Positions 37,084-50,884 of a stretch of DNA of 64,000 bases are shown here, one piece after another (positions within the stretch are counted from its first letter, which is position 1; each line of letters begins with the position of its first letter). The stretch comes from Spizellomyces punctatus DAOM BR117 (Eukaryota), in the NCBI GenBank assembly GCA_000182565.2, contig KQ257467.1; one strand, written 5' to 3'. Under the pieces are notes generated by a model. That model saw only the letters and a program-made list of their open reading frames with translations. It was not told the origin of the DNA and did not search any database. A program made the position numbers and the translations under genes.

Positions 37084-39629
37084 CTACCTCCAAACCCCTC
37101 TATACCCTCCACCTATCCCACATCCCCCAACACCCCCATTCCTCTCCCTCTCCCCCTCCCTCAAAAACTCATGCACAGAACAAACAAAACATCTAAATAA
37201 ATCCCTGGGAACATGAACCTCCCTCTCAAACAAACTTTTATCTACACCAGGGTTCATCCTCACATACTCATCCAAAGGTTTGAACCCCATTCGTTCTACA
37301 TACGATTGAACACGGAGGTGATCTCTTCTCGCGAGCATCCAGACGTGTTTGACGGGGACAGGGGCTTGGACGGTTGCAGAATCTGTTAGACATTGTCGGA
37401 GGAGGCGTTCGTGCATGCCGCGGAGGATGGGGAGGGTGGAGACGGTTGTGGTTCGGACATAACCGTTGGCGAAGAGGACGGTACCGGTGCTAATATCCCA
37501 TTCGGCGGATCCGTAGGCGACTTGGATACGAGGGGAGTCGTGATCGGGTGTAGTTGCTGTGCCGGATGGTGAGGAGGATTCAAAGGAAGGAGATGCGGAG
37601 GGAGTTGATGTTGACGATGGGGTGGTTTGGGGAGGAGGTAACCCCGGACCAGTGGAATGAGGGTTTTTGGCATTCGCTTTGATGCGTTTGATCGTTGCAC
37701 CCCTGACGCGCGATTGGGGTTTCTCAACGTACACAACAGCCAGGTACCGTCTTAATCCGCGAGTCTTTTCCACATCCTCTCTTAAAAGGCGTTCGGCCGA
37801 CCTCCACCCCTTGTTGGCCCATTCTTCCACTTTTGCGTACGATTCCAGTTGGGTGATGGCGGCTTCAATGACCTCGGGCGTGGCGTATAGCCCATAGAAT
37901 CCGTCCATGTGAACTTCGCGGGACTCGTTATACAGCGATTCGCATACGTTGGTGGGGGTCAAGTAGACTTCATAGGTAACAGGGGCGCCACCGAGACGGA
38001 CGTGGCTCAAGAGGCACGTACGGCGGTTAGATGCAAAGAGTTCGACAGGCCGGTACTTGCCCGTGCGGAATTTACCGCCGCCTCCGCACTATTCAAAGTT
38101 CCACCATCAACGTCTGCATGATCAAAGCAACTTGGTGAAAACGTACACTACTCACCTCTGTACAAAATTTGTATTTTACCCGACAAGAAGCACAGATGGG
38201 TTCCACTCGGAAATCCATAGCCTCTTCCACCATGGCTCCGTCTTCGTCCCGCACCTTTCCGCCAACACCAATAGCTTGGAGCTCTCGCTCTTCGGAAAAC
38301 TTGAACCCACCACTTCCTATCCTCCGCTTGCAAATCTCACAATCCATGCCATAATCGTCATGTAAGCGCTTGCGACGCCCGGCTAATACCATGGACGTAT
38401 CATCCACCTCCAAAGAATCTTTGCGGCCTTCACAGGATACGCACAAAATGTCGACGGCAAAATTGAGTGGAGGAACATTTTTGCTCTCGGGATGTAAAAG
38501 GAAAGTTGCAATTTCGTTTTTGCAGCGCTTGCAATGGACAGTGTGGTCAATGATCTTTTTGCGACCGCTTGTGTCGCGGGTAGATTTGTTGGGAGTGGAG
38601 GGACGGGCAGGAGCGAATTTGGCGGAGCTTCGGCGCTGTTGGGTGGATGAGTCATGTTGCGCAGACCGTTGGTCTGGTTGAGGGATGATGGAAAACGTCA
38701 AGGAATTCGGCCCTTGCGAGGTCATTGGACGGGCTGTTGGAGTTGATAACGTCGAAGGTGGCAAGTGTTGCTGGGTGTTTGTTCCAGTGTGCAGTATTTG
38801 GGATGGCAGAGGAGGTGACGGCAAATGGTATGGGGGAAGAATTGAGACATTTGGAGATGATGCGCGTACATATTGCGGGGTAGGAGGTGTCGGAAGTCCA
38901 GCCGTGTTCTCTGCCAATGGTAAAGGATTCCATTGATCCGTAAAAAAGTCTTCAATGTTCTGATATGCAGGTAACCCGGCCTGCAAGGTTTCATCATACC
39001 GGAACTCTGCCGGTAGGCCTTGTGCTGGAGAGAACTGCCCCATGTTCTCGCTGAGCGGGCGGCGAATCAAATGCCGCCGAAGAAGCAAATTCAGGAGATT
39101 GGAAAAGTTCGTCCAGAGGCATGGGAGTCTGCAGATCGTGCAAGAAATTTGTGTAATCAACAAACGAAGAGGAGATGGGGACGGGAGTAGGTTGCGCCCA
39201 TGTTGAAGGAGGAGCAGAGAATTGTACGGGAAATTGGAAATTTACAAGGTTGGTGAGGGTGACTGGAAGTTCTGCTTGCGATACTGGGGATGGATCCTTG
39301 ATCGGCGGCGGAGGTATTGGATCTACAATGTTTAGAGAAAAGAGCGGAATTTGGTTCAGTTTTCCTCTAGTGTTCCAAAATCATTTCTGGACCCAACCTG
39401 ACGAAGTTGGAGTATGGCCAGCACCACTCCCACAGACGTCCGCTTTTTGGATACTATCCCTCAATCTCAAAATTTCCAATTCCAGTTCCTTTGTTTTTCG
39501 AATTTCCTCCTGTCTCTTTCGTTCTTCTTCCAAGACTCTTAGGACGAGTTCGAGCTGCGGCCCGACTTGACGGCCCTCATGCTGATCTTCGAGGGGCTGT
39601 CGCATGAGGGAAGGAAGAAATTGGTCCAT
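37084..39629 (-). CDS. Uncharacterised multi-CxxC zinc-binding protein with GNAT-like C-terminal domain (paralog B)
   Basis: Intron 38155-38089 joins ICASCRVKYKFCTE to CGGGGKFRTGKYRPVELFASNRRTCLLSHVRLG; also CKRC, CVSC, RRKR and CEIC; C-terminal VKHVWMLARRDHLRVQSYVERMGF; 5' introns 39397-39323 and 38999-38960 are tentative. Confidence 0.78.
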
Positions 39630-41428
39630 TGCAGGCTGAAAAGCCAGTAACGTGGAAGGAATAAAGGTGCGAGACTTGGAGCAAAAAGGATTGGAGGCCC
39701 AGGTTTCTTTACGTGCTCCCCGTCGCTTGGAACGTCATTTGAAATACAACCAAAAGTTCCTTTGCGGATTCGAATGCTCCCGTCCAACCTCTTCCAATAC
39801 CCGCTTCCTCAACTTGCTTTGGCTATCTGTTTTCTAAATTCTAACTGCTGGGATTGCTTGAACAAAAAAAACAAATCTCGTTAAAAAAGCAACTTGCCTT
39901 TTCCTTTTCCAAAACTTGTTTTGAGCCCTCCAAAACGACCGTGAGTGGCTTAGTATCATAGCGTGACTCATCCAACATCTTTGACTTGCAATTGGAACAG
40001 TTTCATCAATCATCATTAAAAGCGATGGGATTTTGGAAACGATGTTTTTGTTAAAAGAAGAGTTGGGGAAGTGATATATGGGCAGGTTGTTTGATGACTT
40101 GTTGCATTGGTACAGTTTCGATGGAATTTGGAGATGTGTGCTAAAAAGGTTGATCTTGGCATGAAGATGAACACATCCATGGAGGTGGATTGTTATCTAG
40201 TCCAGTCAAACCAATCAGACCTTTGGAACAAAACAAAACCGTTTTTCACAAATGATATTGTTGGCCAGCTGGGTATCCATTTGCTATCAATGCTAAAAGT
40301 TACGTATTTCAAAGCAAAAGGTCACTCAGAAACATCCTTCTGTTACGAATCCAAAAAAAAAAAAGTGACGCACCCTTGCAAGTGTGTCAACAAACCTCTT
40401 TTAGATTGGTGCTGGCCCATGGTACTATCGCATTCATAGGCAAGTGATCAACGAACCGACCGTCTGCATCGGCTGCTTGCACGAGTATAAAGGTCATTTG
40501 GAACCTTTGGGTGAAACAAAAACGGGCTTGAATCACTTTTAAGACTTGTAGCAACCTGCATTGTTGCTAATTGTTTATCCATGGGCACAATACGTCGCGC
40601 TGGGACGTTTGAAAGAAGCCAAAAGGAATAGCGAGTGTATCAGGAATTTGGTAAGAGGTTTTCTCCTTTCCTCGCCCTTGTCGAGCGCTCCGCTACACAT
40701 GCACCCGATGGCCGTTGATGTCCCAACCATCTAATTCATTTTGATAGTCTGTTGGTCGTGACCCGTACGGCCACAAGCGCACTCACCTGTAGCGGACCTG
40801 TGGACTAGCGTATGTGCGTTTTTGGGTTTGGCATCCATGTCATCCTTTGGGGATTGTTTATAATTGTGGTTTGCCATCTCCTTTACACGTGCTACTGTTG
40901 CCTTTGAGTCTTGGATCAAATGGAAAAAGGTTCATTGTGGGCATTCTTGAATGATTTGAAATCGCCCAAAAGGACCACATCCCAAAACAACGTTCGTTCG
41001 CCCGCCCATGGCGCCGTGCGATCGGTTTCATGAATGGTGTTTTGTAGAAGGACAGGGCGGGGAAGGCGCTTGCAAGTCTTATAGCCAATATGGCAAGTCG
41101 TTTTTGGCCAAAATGTCATTGAGCTGAGGACATTTGTCAGCTCAGAAGTTTAAAACAAGAGTCAGCTCTTAGCTTTCAGAAAATACTTCTTTTTTCGTGT
41201 CCGATTCGCTCGGATTTCCGTATTTTTATTATTGGCGAGTGCAATGGGCAGGCATTTTCGATGAAGGGTGCGCTGTGCAGCATCATTTGTCAGCTGGGTT
41301 TGATATGTAGGAGAGATATCTATGCAATTTCTATAAAAGCTGGCGATATGCATTGCTTTCCCTCACCCATTGACAAGTGTGCATAACCTACATACTTTAC
41401 ACATAATTCCTTATACCTTTTTCACACC

Positions 41429-42487
41429 ATGAGCACAAGCGAGCAGGGTGTTATTGCTGTTGCTGGAGGAACAGGTGGGCTTCAGACGCGCTACAGGTTT
41501 GTAAAATCGATGCTTGTTCTTTACACTCTTTTTTTTTGGAACAGGGGGTTTGGGACGCCACATTGTTGAGGAGCTTGTTGAAGACTGCAAATACAAAGTC
41601 GTTGTCCTTTCTCGAACGGTGAGCAAAGCCTTGCAAAGCTTGCGTGTGTTCTGAAAACTTACAAAAAAAAACGATGATAGCCCAACCCATCTCTCACCGC
41701 ACTCGGAGTGGATGTTCGGCCCATTGACTACACGTCTCACACATCCATTGTCAAAGCCCTTGAAAATGTCCACACACTTATCTCATGCATTGCAGCAGGA
41801 GGGGACGCGTTGGCAGATGTACAAATCAAACTCTTACGCGCTGCCGAGGCGGCCGGCGTGAAGCGATTTGCACCGAGCGAATGGGCAAGCGACACGCAAA
41901 TCAACACGAATATCGAGGGCTACTTTCCTAAGAAGGCGGTGATTGAGGAATTGCAGAAAAGTAAACTCGAATGGACATTGTTCATGAATGGCGTGTTTAT
42001 GAATTACCTCGCTTCACCACGCGGGACTGGGCACCTGCAACCTCTTAAATTCGTGATCGACACAGAGAACCGTACTGCCAACATCCCCGGAACAGGCAAC
42101 GAGCCTGTCGTTATGACAACTGTTCAGGATGTAGCGAAATTCGTGGTGGGATCCTTATCCCTTCCCTCCTGGCCAGAGAAATCCGGCATCATTGGAGATC
42201 TCACGACCTACAATCATGTGGTGAAAGCAGCCGAGCGCATCACTGGAGAAAAATTCAAGGTCGAATACAGATCTTTGGAGCAGTTGAACAAGGCCATCCA
42301 TCCGGATGCCCAGAGTATCATGGAAAACTTTTACACTCAGGTTTGCATTGCGATCGCGGAGGGTGCCAAGGGTGGATTTGTGTTTGAAGGGACGCTGAAC
42401 AAGCTGCTCCCCCATATAAAAACCGTGAGCGTAGACGAGTTTCTGGCACACTGGTGGACACCGTCGGGCATAGGGAAATCGAAATAG
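41429..42487 (+). CDS. NmrA-like / isoflavone-reductase-like NAD(P)-binding oxidoreductase
   Basis: MSTSEQGVIAVAGGT-GGLGRHIVEEL (GxxGxxG across an intron), AAEAAGVKRFAPSEW and TTVQDVAKFV. Confidence 0.9.
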
Positions 42488-42997
42488 GTCGTTTATGATT
42501 ATGTAATAATTCTGCTGCGCATAGTCACGTGATAAATGTCAATATGACGTAAGAGACTAAGCAAGTGTTCCAAAACCTTATCGTTTTGTTTATTTTGGAT
42601 GCAAGTGTAAGATTGTAATAATGAGCAATACGTTAGGAAATGAAGAGTGAAGGGAGGAAACACTCAAAAAAAACAAAAAGAAATCATGACGATTGAAAGC
42701 GAATAGAAATAGATCTTGGATCGAGAAAGCAACACGGAGAGGAGGGAGGGGGGGACACATCCGCAAAGCATTACTGTTGAGACGCCCTTTTGACCCAACT
42801 CTGATGTCATGAAAATAGGAGGAGGAGGGGGGGGGGGCTTTGGGCTATAAAGATCGTTATAAAGAACGAATTTCATTTTACTGTCCATCCCATTGCACAC
42901 TACTGTACTATTCATTTGGCAGAAACGGATTTTTTATTTCTTTTCAAAAAGCAGTCCCTATTCTTGCATTCTTGACCATTCAGACCCCGTACCATAG

Positions 42998-45900
42998 ATG
43001 AGCACCTACAATCCACTGTATGGTCCTGATCCAATCCTCAACCCTCCTGACGCACCGCCGCGGTCAGCATCAAAGGGCATTCTGCTAGAGACCGAGGAGC
43101 AGATTCCACCTCCCACTGTGACTGTGGATGGGCTGAGCCAAAAGGCGGCAGAAGCGGAAGGAGGTCATGTCGAAGGGCAAGGGATCTCCAAAAGACTGGC
43201 GGGTGCAACATTACAAGGTGTGTATTTGAGTTGGGGGCAAATTAACCTTCTTTGCAAAAATGTGCCCAGTGATTATTGATCCCGGAATTTTTGCCCAAAT
43301 ACAGGAGTCGGGGATCCTGTTGCACCTCCCAATGAGGCGGTTGAGAATCTGACAAGGTTATTTGCAAAGGATGATACAAAAGACCCTACTGTCCCCATCG
43401 TCGATATCCATCCTGATGGCGCTGCGACCGTTGAATGTATCCCTAGTATGGAAGGTCTGGAGGCAGAAGAGTCAACTTCCTCTCCTGCATCTGTTACAAG
43501 GGTGCATGAGGCACCGTCTGTGGATATTCCTCCCAGTACGGCACCCTCCAGTAGAGGCGACACTGCACGCGCCTCACCGGATGAAAGCACGCTGGCAGAG
43601 TCCCAAACATCAGAACACACCGTACCTGGTGAAAAAGTCCACTTGACGCAAGCCGAACGGGACACCGCTCTCCCTCCACCCCCCGAGTCCGAATCTGATC
43701 TAGCCAGCGCAACGACAGCAGCAGGAGTTCACCCCGCTGAAGCCAAATTACAAACTGAAGCTTCGCAAATACCTTATGCATTCTCCAGAGCGGCAGCATT
43801 GCAAGAGAAATTCAAAATCCTCGAATCACCCATATCGGGTATACCGGGGACAAAAGAGAACCCTACCCCGACAGAAGAATCGCTTTCCGGGACTTACAGA
43901 AGTGCTTCAAGGAGCCACAAAGAGATGCAAGAAAAGATTTTACCCGGCCTTGCACAGTTTCTGATGACGTTTGACCCGTAGGTGCCCCTGTAGCTGACGA
44001 TTGCGGGTGATACCCGGAATCTTTGACCTTGTTATTTTTTTTCTTTACAGGTTTATAAACATTGCTGGTGTAACAGCAATGGGTCTCGCGGGCTGGTTGA
44101 TTGGCACATGGGGTTGGAGCTGGATTTGGACGATCATGGCTGGCATTTGCCTAGCCCTCTACGTAATCAAGATTCGAACAACCATGTCCCGTGCTGTAGA
44201 TTTCGAGAGGAAGCGGAATGAAACGACATTGCATGTGAGTTTTTGTGAAGGTTTGCAACTTGTAGGGTCTGAATATTAATACGAGAGATTGCCTTAGTTG
44301 GGTGATAATGTAGAGACAGCCGAATGGGTCAACTTTTTCCTAGCCCAATTATGGCCCATTATTGATCCTGCATTATTTACTGCGGCGATTGATACCCTTG
44401 AGGACCAGTTTGTTGCTCAAGCCCCGTCTTTCATTGTATGTGTATTGCAACTATCTCATCTGTCGATACCCAAGACTGACTTTTTGGTTGTTGACAGACT
44501 CGTATCCGCATTGCGGATTTTGAGCTTGGACCTCGAGCGCCTAGGATTACGAGCTTGCAGGTGTACCCCCAAGCTAGCGGTGAAGATGCAATCGTAAGTC
44601 GTCAAACATTCTCATACAGAGAACATTTATTCCAAGTATGGCTAACGACATGTTATTGTTCACCAGTTAATGGACCTAACGGTAGCCATGCACCCGTCCC
44701 CACAAGAGATTGCCTCCCGAACTCGCCTAAACACGCACATCCTGGTCGAAATCCACCTCGGCCACCCAAAGCTCGGGTCCGTCACTGTTCCCATTATGGT
44801 CGAAGAAGCTGGATTTGAAGCGCAGATCCGAGTCTGGTTGAAGATGACCAGCAAAGCGCCTTTTGCAAAAACGTTAAAATTCACATTATTGAACAAACCA
44901 CAGTTGGACTTTTCGATTCGGCCGTTGAAATTGGGGAACATTATGAACGTAAGTTGAGGTTGGCTGGTTTTTCCGGGATGAGGCTGATCTTTTGACACTG
45001 CTCTTTTGTTGTTTAGATGCCACTGATTTCGCAGTTTATCATGACCGTTTTGGATCAGACGGTAAGTTTGAGGCAGTCGTGTTCCATCAGTGAAGTATCA
45101 CATTAACGTGATGATTTCGATGTTAGATCCAAGATATGCTCGTTAGCCCCAAAGTGATGGCCCTTGAACTTGATCGTCTTTTGCTAGGGGACGCCGCTAT
45201 AGCCGATACCCGTGCAATCGGTGTAGTCAAAATCGTTTTCCGCGCGGCCAAACACCTTCGTGCGGCAGACTGGACGGGCACTTCCGACCCGTACGCTACT
45301 CTCTCTTTCGGAAACTCTACACACTTTTTATGCCGCACACGTATCATTCCCAAAGATCGTCACCCGGTTTGGAACGAAACCCACTATGCTGTCATTACCG
45401 AGGACGATGTCAAGAATGGGTTCCCGCTTAGTGTCAAAGTTTGGGATTTCGACGCCATGAGCAGGAACGATGTGTTGGGACAGTTTGATATTCGCACGGA
45501 AGAGGTTGTGGACTCTGACGGAATAGTGTTTGATGGGTACGTCTCCAGATTTGCATTATTTTCTAATCATTGTAATGGACATTGGACATGCTTATTTTTG
45601 GGAACTTTACTTGTAGATGGAAGACGCTCCTCAGGAAAAACACCACAGAAGACGGAAAAGATAAAGAGGAAAAGCTGGCCAGAAATGGAAAGCTGAACTT
45701 TCAGATTGGGTTCTACCCCAAGCTGGAAGCCAAGAATAGGAAAGAGGATGCACAAAAATACAGTTAGTACCAATTTTGGTGACCTTGTTGTCGGGTGAAC
45801 GAAACTCATCTAGATACATTGCAATTATAGCGTCAGGGATTCTCGCAGTCCAGGTGCACCAAGCTCTGGATCTGATTCTCCGACCCAAAGACCGGGACGG

Positions 45901-47495
45901 TGTCTATCCATCCCCTTACGTCCATGTAAGTCTCCATGATGTTTGCATCTATTCCTCAAGTAGATTCAACTCACAGTCAAATTCAGGCCTACGTGAACGA
46001 CCAACGCGCGTTTTCGACTCGAATCAAGTTCCACAACCCGTCTCCAGTTTGGGCAGGCAGCAATGAATTCTTTATCCGAGACTGGAAAAGCGCCGTCTTC
46101 CGCCTTGTCGTGAAAGACGCCCGTCAACACGAACATGATCCTGTCATTGGCGTTGTTGTGCTTCGTTTGGCGGACGTGTTTAAGAACACGGATGATATGG
46201 TTGCGTCTTCTTGGTATGAGTTGAAAGGCGGTATTGGATTCGGGAAGGTTAGGATGAGTATGGCGTTCAGGAGCGTGAAACTGCAAGAAGAGAGGAATAT
46301 GAAGGGATTCGGCGTTGGAGAGCTGGAGATTAAGCAGCTGGGCATTCGTGGATTGGATGCTGTGACAAAGTGTACGTCAACTGCCTACAGTCTTGCATGC
46401 AGGGACTTGCGAGCTTATAATGTTTGCTTTTTTGCTACAGCGGACACACCTCCACCCCATATTTGCATCAAAGTCCGTTCTCCGCTCACCACACCCAGCA
46501 AGGTTACCACGCACATCAGCAAGGAAGCAACTTTTGCACCAACATACGATGAAACCTTCAACATCAAAGTAAAATCTCGATACCAATCATCTCTCCGCTT
46601 TGAAGTACACCAAAAAGGCATGTTTGGATTCCGTGATAAGGTTCTCGCCATTGGAAAAATGTATCTGCAAGACCTTGTAGACAATGAGGAACGTCAAGTT
46701 GTTCTTGCATTGAAAAAATGGCGAAGGAATAAAGGAAAGACGGATTTGGATCTTGAAGATCATATGGGAACGACCGACAAGACAGTACTGGCACAGGAAA
46801 GCGAGAAAGAGACCAAATACGTTCCACAGGGAGAGGAAGCTGTTAAACACGGGCTTGCAACCGACATTAGTGGAAACAAGGAAGAGGGCACCGGCATTGC
46901 TTCACCGAATCCTCATCAAGGTCTCGATGAGAACGATCTTGCCCCAGCAGCAGATGGTAAAATGTCTCCACCTAAATCTCCGGACACAGACAGCGAAAGC
47001 GACCCCAATGAAGTCATGATTGACGACGATTCAGATGCATCCTCCACCGCTTCCTTTTCTATGGACGAGACCGACTCTTCCTCCATCCACACTGCCGACT
47101 TTGAATCGGTTACTTCAGTCACATCGCCGGAACTTTACTTTACCGCAGTCTTCCGTCCTGGACGGCGATGGATTGATAACCCCCGGGAAGGCGAAGACCT
47201 TGAAATTGATCTCTTGCAGCCAAGCTCTCCAAGCGAAACTGAGGAAACCACAGGAGAAAAAGACCAAACGTCCAAAAAGCTTTTTACGCTTGGCGCTGCG
47301 ACCACTTCCAATGTGAGCAACGAAAAAGGTGGCAAAAAGTCGGAATCCACCCGAGAGGATTCAAGGCTGCCGGGGAACAAACTGACGAGGACGTTGGAGT
47401 GGAGCAAAGATACAGTTATTGAAGGAGTCAAGAGTACACGGTTGTGGAAGAGGAGTTCAAAAAAGAGTTTGGTGAACGAAGGCACCGAATTTTAA
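42998..47495 (+). CDS. SMP plus multiple C2-domain membrane-contact protein (tricalbin/Mug190-like)
   Basis: TM hairpin, SMP start ETAEWVNFFLAQLWPIIDP, C2 motifs AADWTGTSDPYATL, VWDFDAMSRNDVLG, SGILAVQVHQA and HEHDPVIGVV...GGIGFGKVRMS; many GT-AG introns. Confidence 0.88.
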
Positions 47496-49031
47496 AAGTT
47501 TGATATGTGTGCGATGGTTCCAACATTTTTTTTTTTTGTGCATATACAGGCAGCTGTTTGTTTTGTCGTGTAAAGTTTTGTTTTAGTTCTAGTTCTTGTA
47601 AATGTCGAATGCAACATATCTTTTCAAATACTTTGATGCATTGACTAACGTGGTTATTCTGTGAAAAACATGAACACAGTACTTTCCGCATTACGGCCCC
47701 GAAGATCCGGTAGCCAGAACTGACCATATTACACTCATATGTCATCACCCATGCATCTTTTCCGTACCAGTCATTCAGGCGCAACAGGCCTGGTGGGGTA
47801 TTCAGATGCATCAAACAAAAAAACCCTGCTGATACAGCACTGCCAACATTATATGAAAGTGGATCCAATATCTGAAATCGGGTATTTGATTGCGCCTTCA
47901 GCATTGCCCCCAGCAAGAGAGATTATGCTTTGGCAAGTGATAAAAAAAAGCAGGGATAAAAGCACCTGAGCGATGATGCGCTGCGACAAAACGTCAAAGC
48001 AAGATCCCGCCCTGGACGCGACCAACTCGACGAAACCCTTTCGCGACGCGAACACTTATGTAATCTGTACACGTGACTTTATTGATGACGTAACGGGACG
48101 GGCGAAGTTCCGTTCAGTGGAGGGCAAGTCCAGATGAGTCGGAGGACGGAGGTCTGGTGGGATGGGAAACGATCGTTGGGGAATTGGGTTTTTCTTTAAA
48201 GCGGGTTTTTGCGGGGCTTGATTCTAATTGTCGATAAAATTTGGGGAGGGGGTTTTTTTTGAAAGGGTTCTCTTGGAAATAAAGGGCAGGTTGCGGGTGA
48301 GCTTTTGGGGGCCAAAAAACGTAAATGTCAGTCAAAGTTTTTGGAAAATAATTTGAAATTATAAAGATGAGCAAAGTTCAGAAGGGAGTAACTTTTCCTG
48401 ATTCAACCTTCGTCCTTGTGTGTACTTGTATTTGTTTTTGCTGAGTGAGTCCAAAAGGACGGGAAGAAACAACAGATTTAAGGATAGCGTGGAGGGGTCA
48501 AAAAAAACAAGGGATCTCGGTCCTGCTAGAGTTATTTAACTTGATCATTCTTTGTTGCAATCTGTTGATTTTTTATTTTCTTTTTTCTTTTCAAAAGACC
48601 TGAGTTACCAAAAAAACAAAACCATCAACGAGTTGGAGGGAGGGGGGGCTCGGTCGGCCTCGAGAGGTTATTATATTTTTTTTTGCGGATGCCACTAGGA
48701 TCCTATTTCGTACGGGTGAGTCCGATCTTGTGGTGTGTCTCCTTTGTCGCTTGAGCTTGGATATATGCTCCGGATTGCCCTTGAAAGTCTCATCAGTTGT
48801 GTGCAAACTGCTCCCTCCAATGGGGGGGTTGGGGGACGGTCGAATGTTAAGCGATTTGAACAAAAACGTAGCATTTGCCGTGCGTGTCCCCCATTGAATA
48901 TTCCCTTTCCATTTTCTTTTTACCTAACAGGATCCTTTTTTGTTCCAACTCGTTTTCGTTTTTTCCAAACGAACCGATCGGTTGCTTTTTGATCCTACCC
49001 TGCTATTGACGCGGGAGGCACAAGCCTGGCG

Positions 49032-50884
49032 ATGCACGCAACATACCAGAATGCTTCTCCTTACCGTCCTCAGAACCTGGAATATGGGGTCTCCGTTTCA
49101 CAAAGCTCGAATCAAGCAGCCTCTTCCAGTCAAGAACAAGCACACATCTCTCTTCAGCCAACGGGCGACTTGAAATTGGAGCCTTCTGCCATGGCTTCGC
49201 AGTCGCTCGAGTACGCGTCAACTGATCCCTTCTCGTCGCAGAGTAGATCTTCATCGCTATCGTCCTCATCTTCGTCTTCGTCTCTTCCAAGTGGGGCCGT
49301 CAATATTTCACCAATGGAGGTGTCAAACTCGTTAGATCCAACAACGTCGTCGTCGCTTCCTGCTTTCGATCCTGGAGTGTTCTCCAAGGCCAAAAGCGTG
49401 CCGTCATCGTTTGTTTCCTCATACGAAGCGATACCTTCCGTTTACCCTCTGTACTCCAAAACCTCGTCGACGCAAAATACCGACTCGTCTGCTCCTCCAA
49501 TGTCCACCACAAGCGGTGAAGCCTATAACAGATCCCACACTGGCGGGACATACGATCTGCTTGCCTTCCCGCCAGCAGCTGAGAGATATACTTACCCACC
49601 AGTACTACCGGCTTATTCTCCTCCTGCCCCATCTGGTACAACCTCAGACACAAATAGGCAGCTGACTTCTTTTGGGCAAGATCTTCGACCATCCAATATA
49701 TATAGTCGGTACGACTACAGTGGTGCGCCATCGGGAAAAATGCAATCTTTTGGAAAAGGATTGGAGCTCGGTGGAATCGAGACGAGTGAAAAAGTCTATT
49801 TACCTCCTTTGACAGCACCACGGCAGTTCGACGGACGGACACCGCAGATTCAGGTGCCTTCTCCCCCACAGAGCATCGGAAATCGCAGATTCAGTGCAGA
49901 GGTATCAGCAAAGTGGGCGGGGGAAAGTCACGTACGCACCAGTACTGCATTTGTGAGGACGGGGGCAGATTGTGCGGGCACGGCTAGCATGACCCTGAGC
50001 AGACAAAACGATTATGGGCCCGTGGGCGACCTTCAAAATGAACAACCATCCAGTGATTCAGCTCATTCAAGCATTTTCCGATGTATTCATCCCGGATGTA
50101 AGTCGTTTCGCCTTCTGCTACTATTCAGCCAGATATGAGCATTTCATTCATCCAAAAACATGATATCGCAGGTTTAAAGACGTTCAAAAAGGCGCATTCT
50201 CTCAAATCGCATTCCAAATGTCATGCCCCACGCACCTTCACCTGCCCACACTGCACAGCTCAGTTTCGCCGCAACCACGATCTTCGACGTCACATGCGCA
50301 GTTTACACAGCAACGATGAGGGAAAACCTCATGCATGTGATGTTTGCGGGAAGAAATTTGCTAGGAGCGATGCACTCCGGAGACATGTCAAACGCGGATG
50401 CGGCAATGCCATGGGCGGTCACAGTAATGAGGAAGATTTGGATGCTAATACCATAACATGGCCAGCGGATGGTCCTGGGGACGCTGTCAGTAGTGCCTTG
50501 TGTCGGGAGGTAGCCGGCGACGGATCTAGTAAAGGTCCACCCACGCTTGAACGCGATTCACCATACTCTCGAGCATCCAACATGATGGACAATAACTCAC
50601 CTCAAACGCCGTACACCCAGCGACATGCCAAGTTTGATGCAACCTCCCCGATTCCATACACATCATACCACTCACCCAGTTATGTCAAGCCATCTCAATC
50701 ACATGTAGCAGCACCAACGCATAGTAGCACGCACAACGTTCCACCTTCAAGGACAACCGCCATACCTCTCCCTCCCCTCGACCCCACGTTCGCCCCTCCA
50801 ACATATGTCTACCAACTGTACAAACCAGAGTCAACACGACCTCCCTCCGGTTTGGACCGTCTCTACTCTGCACATCAAATGTGA
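49032..50884 (+). CDS. C2H2 zinc-finger transcription factor, three fingers (Crz1-like)
   Basis: Intron 50098-50171 completes FRCIHPGCLKTFKKAHSLKSHSKCH; then FTCPHCTAQFRRNHDLRRHMRSLH and HACDVCGKKFARSDALRRHVK; Ser-rich N-terminus. Confidence 0.88.
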
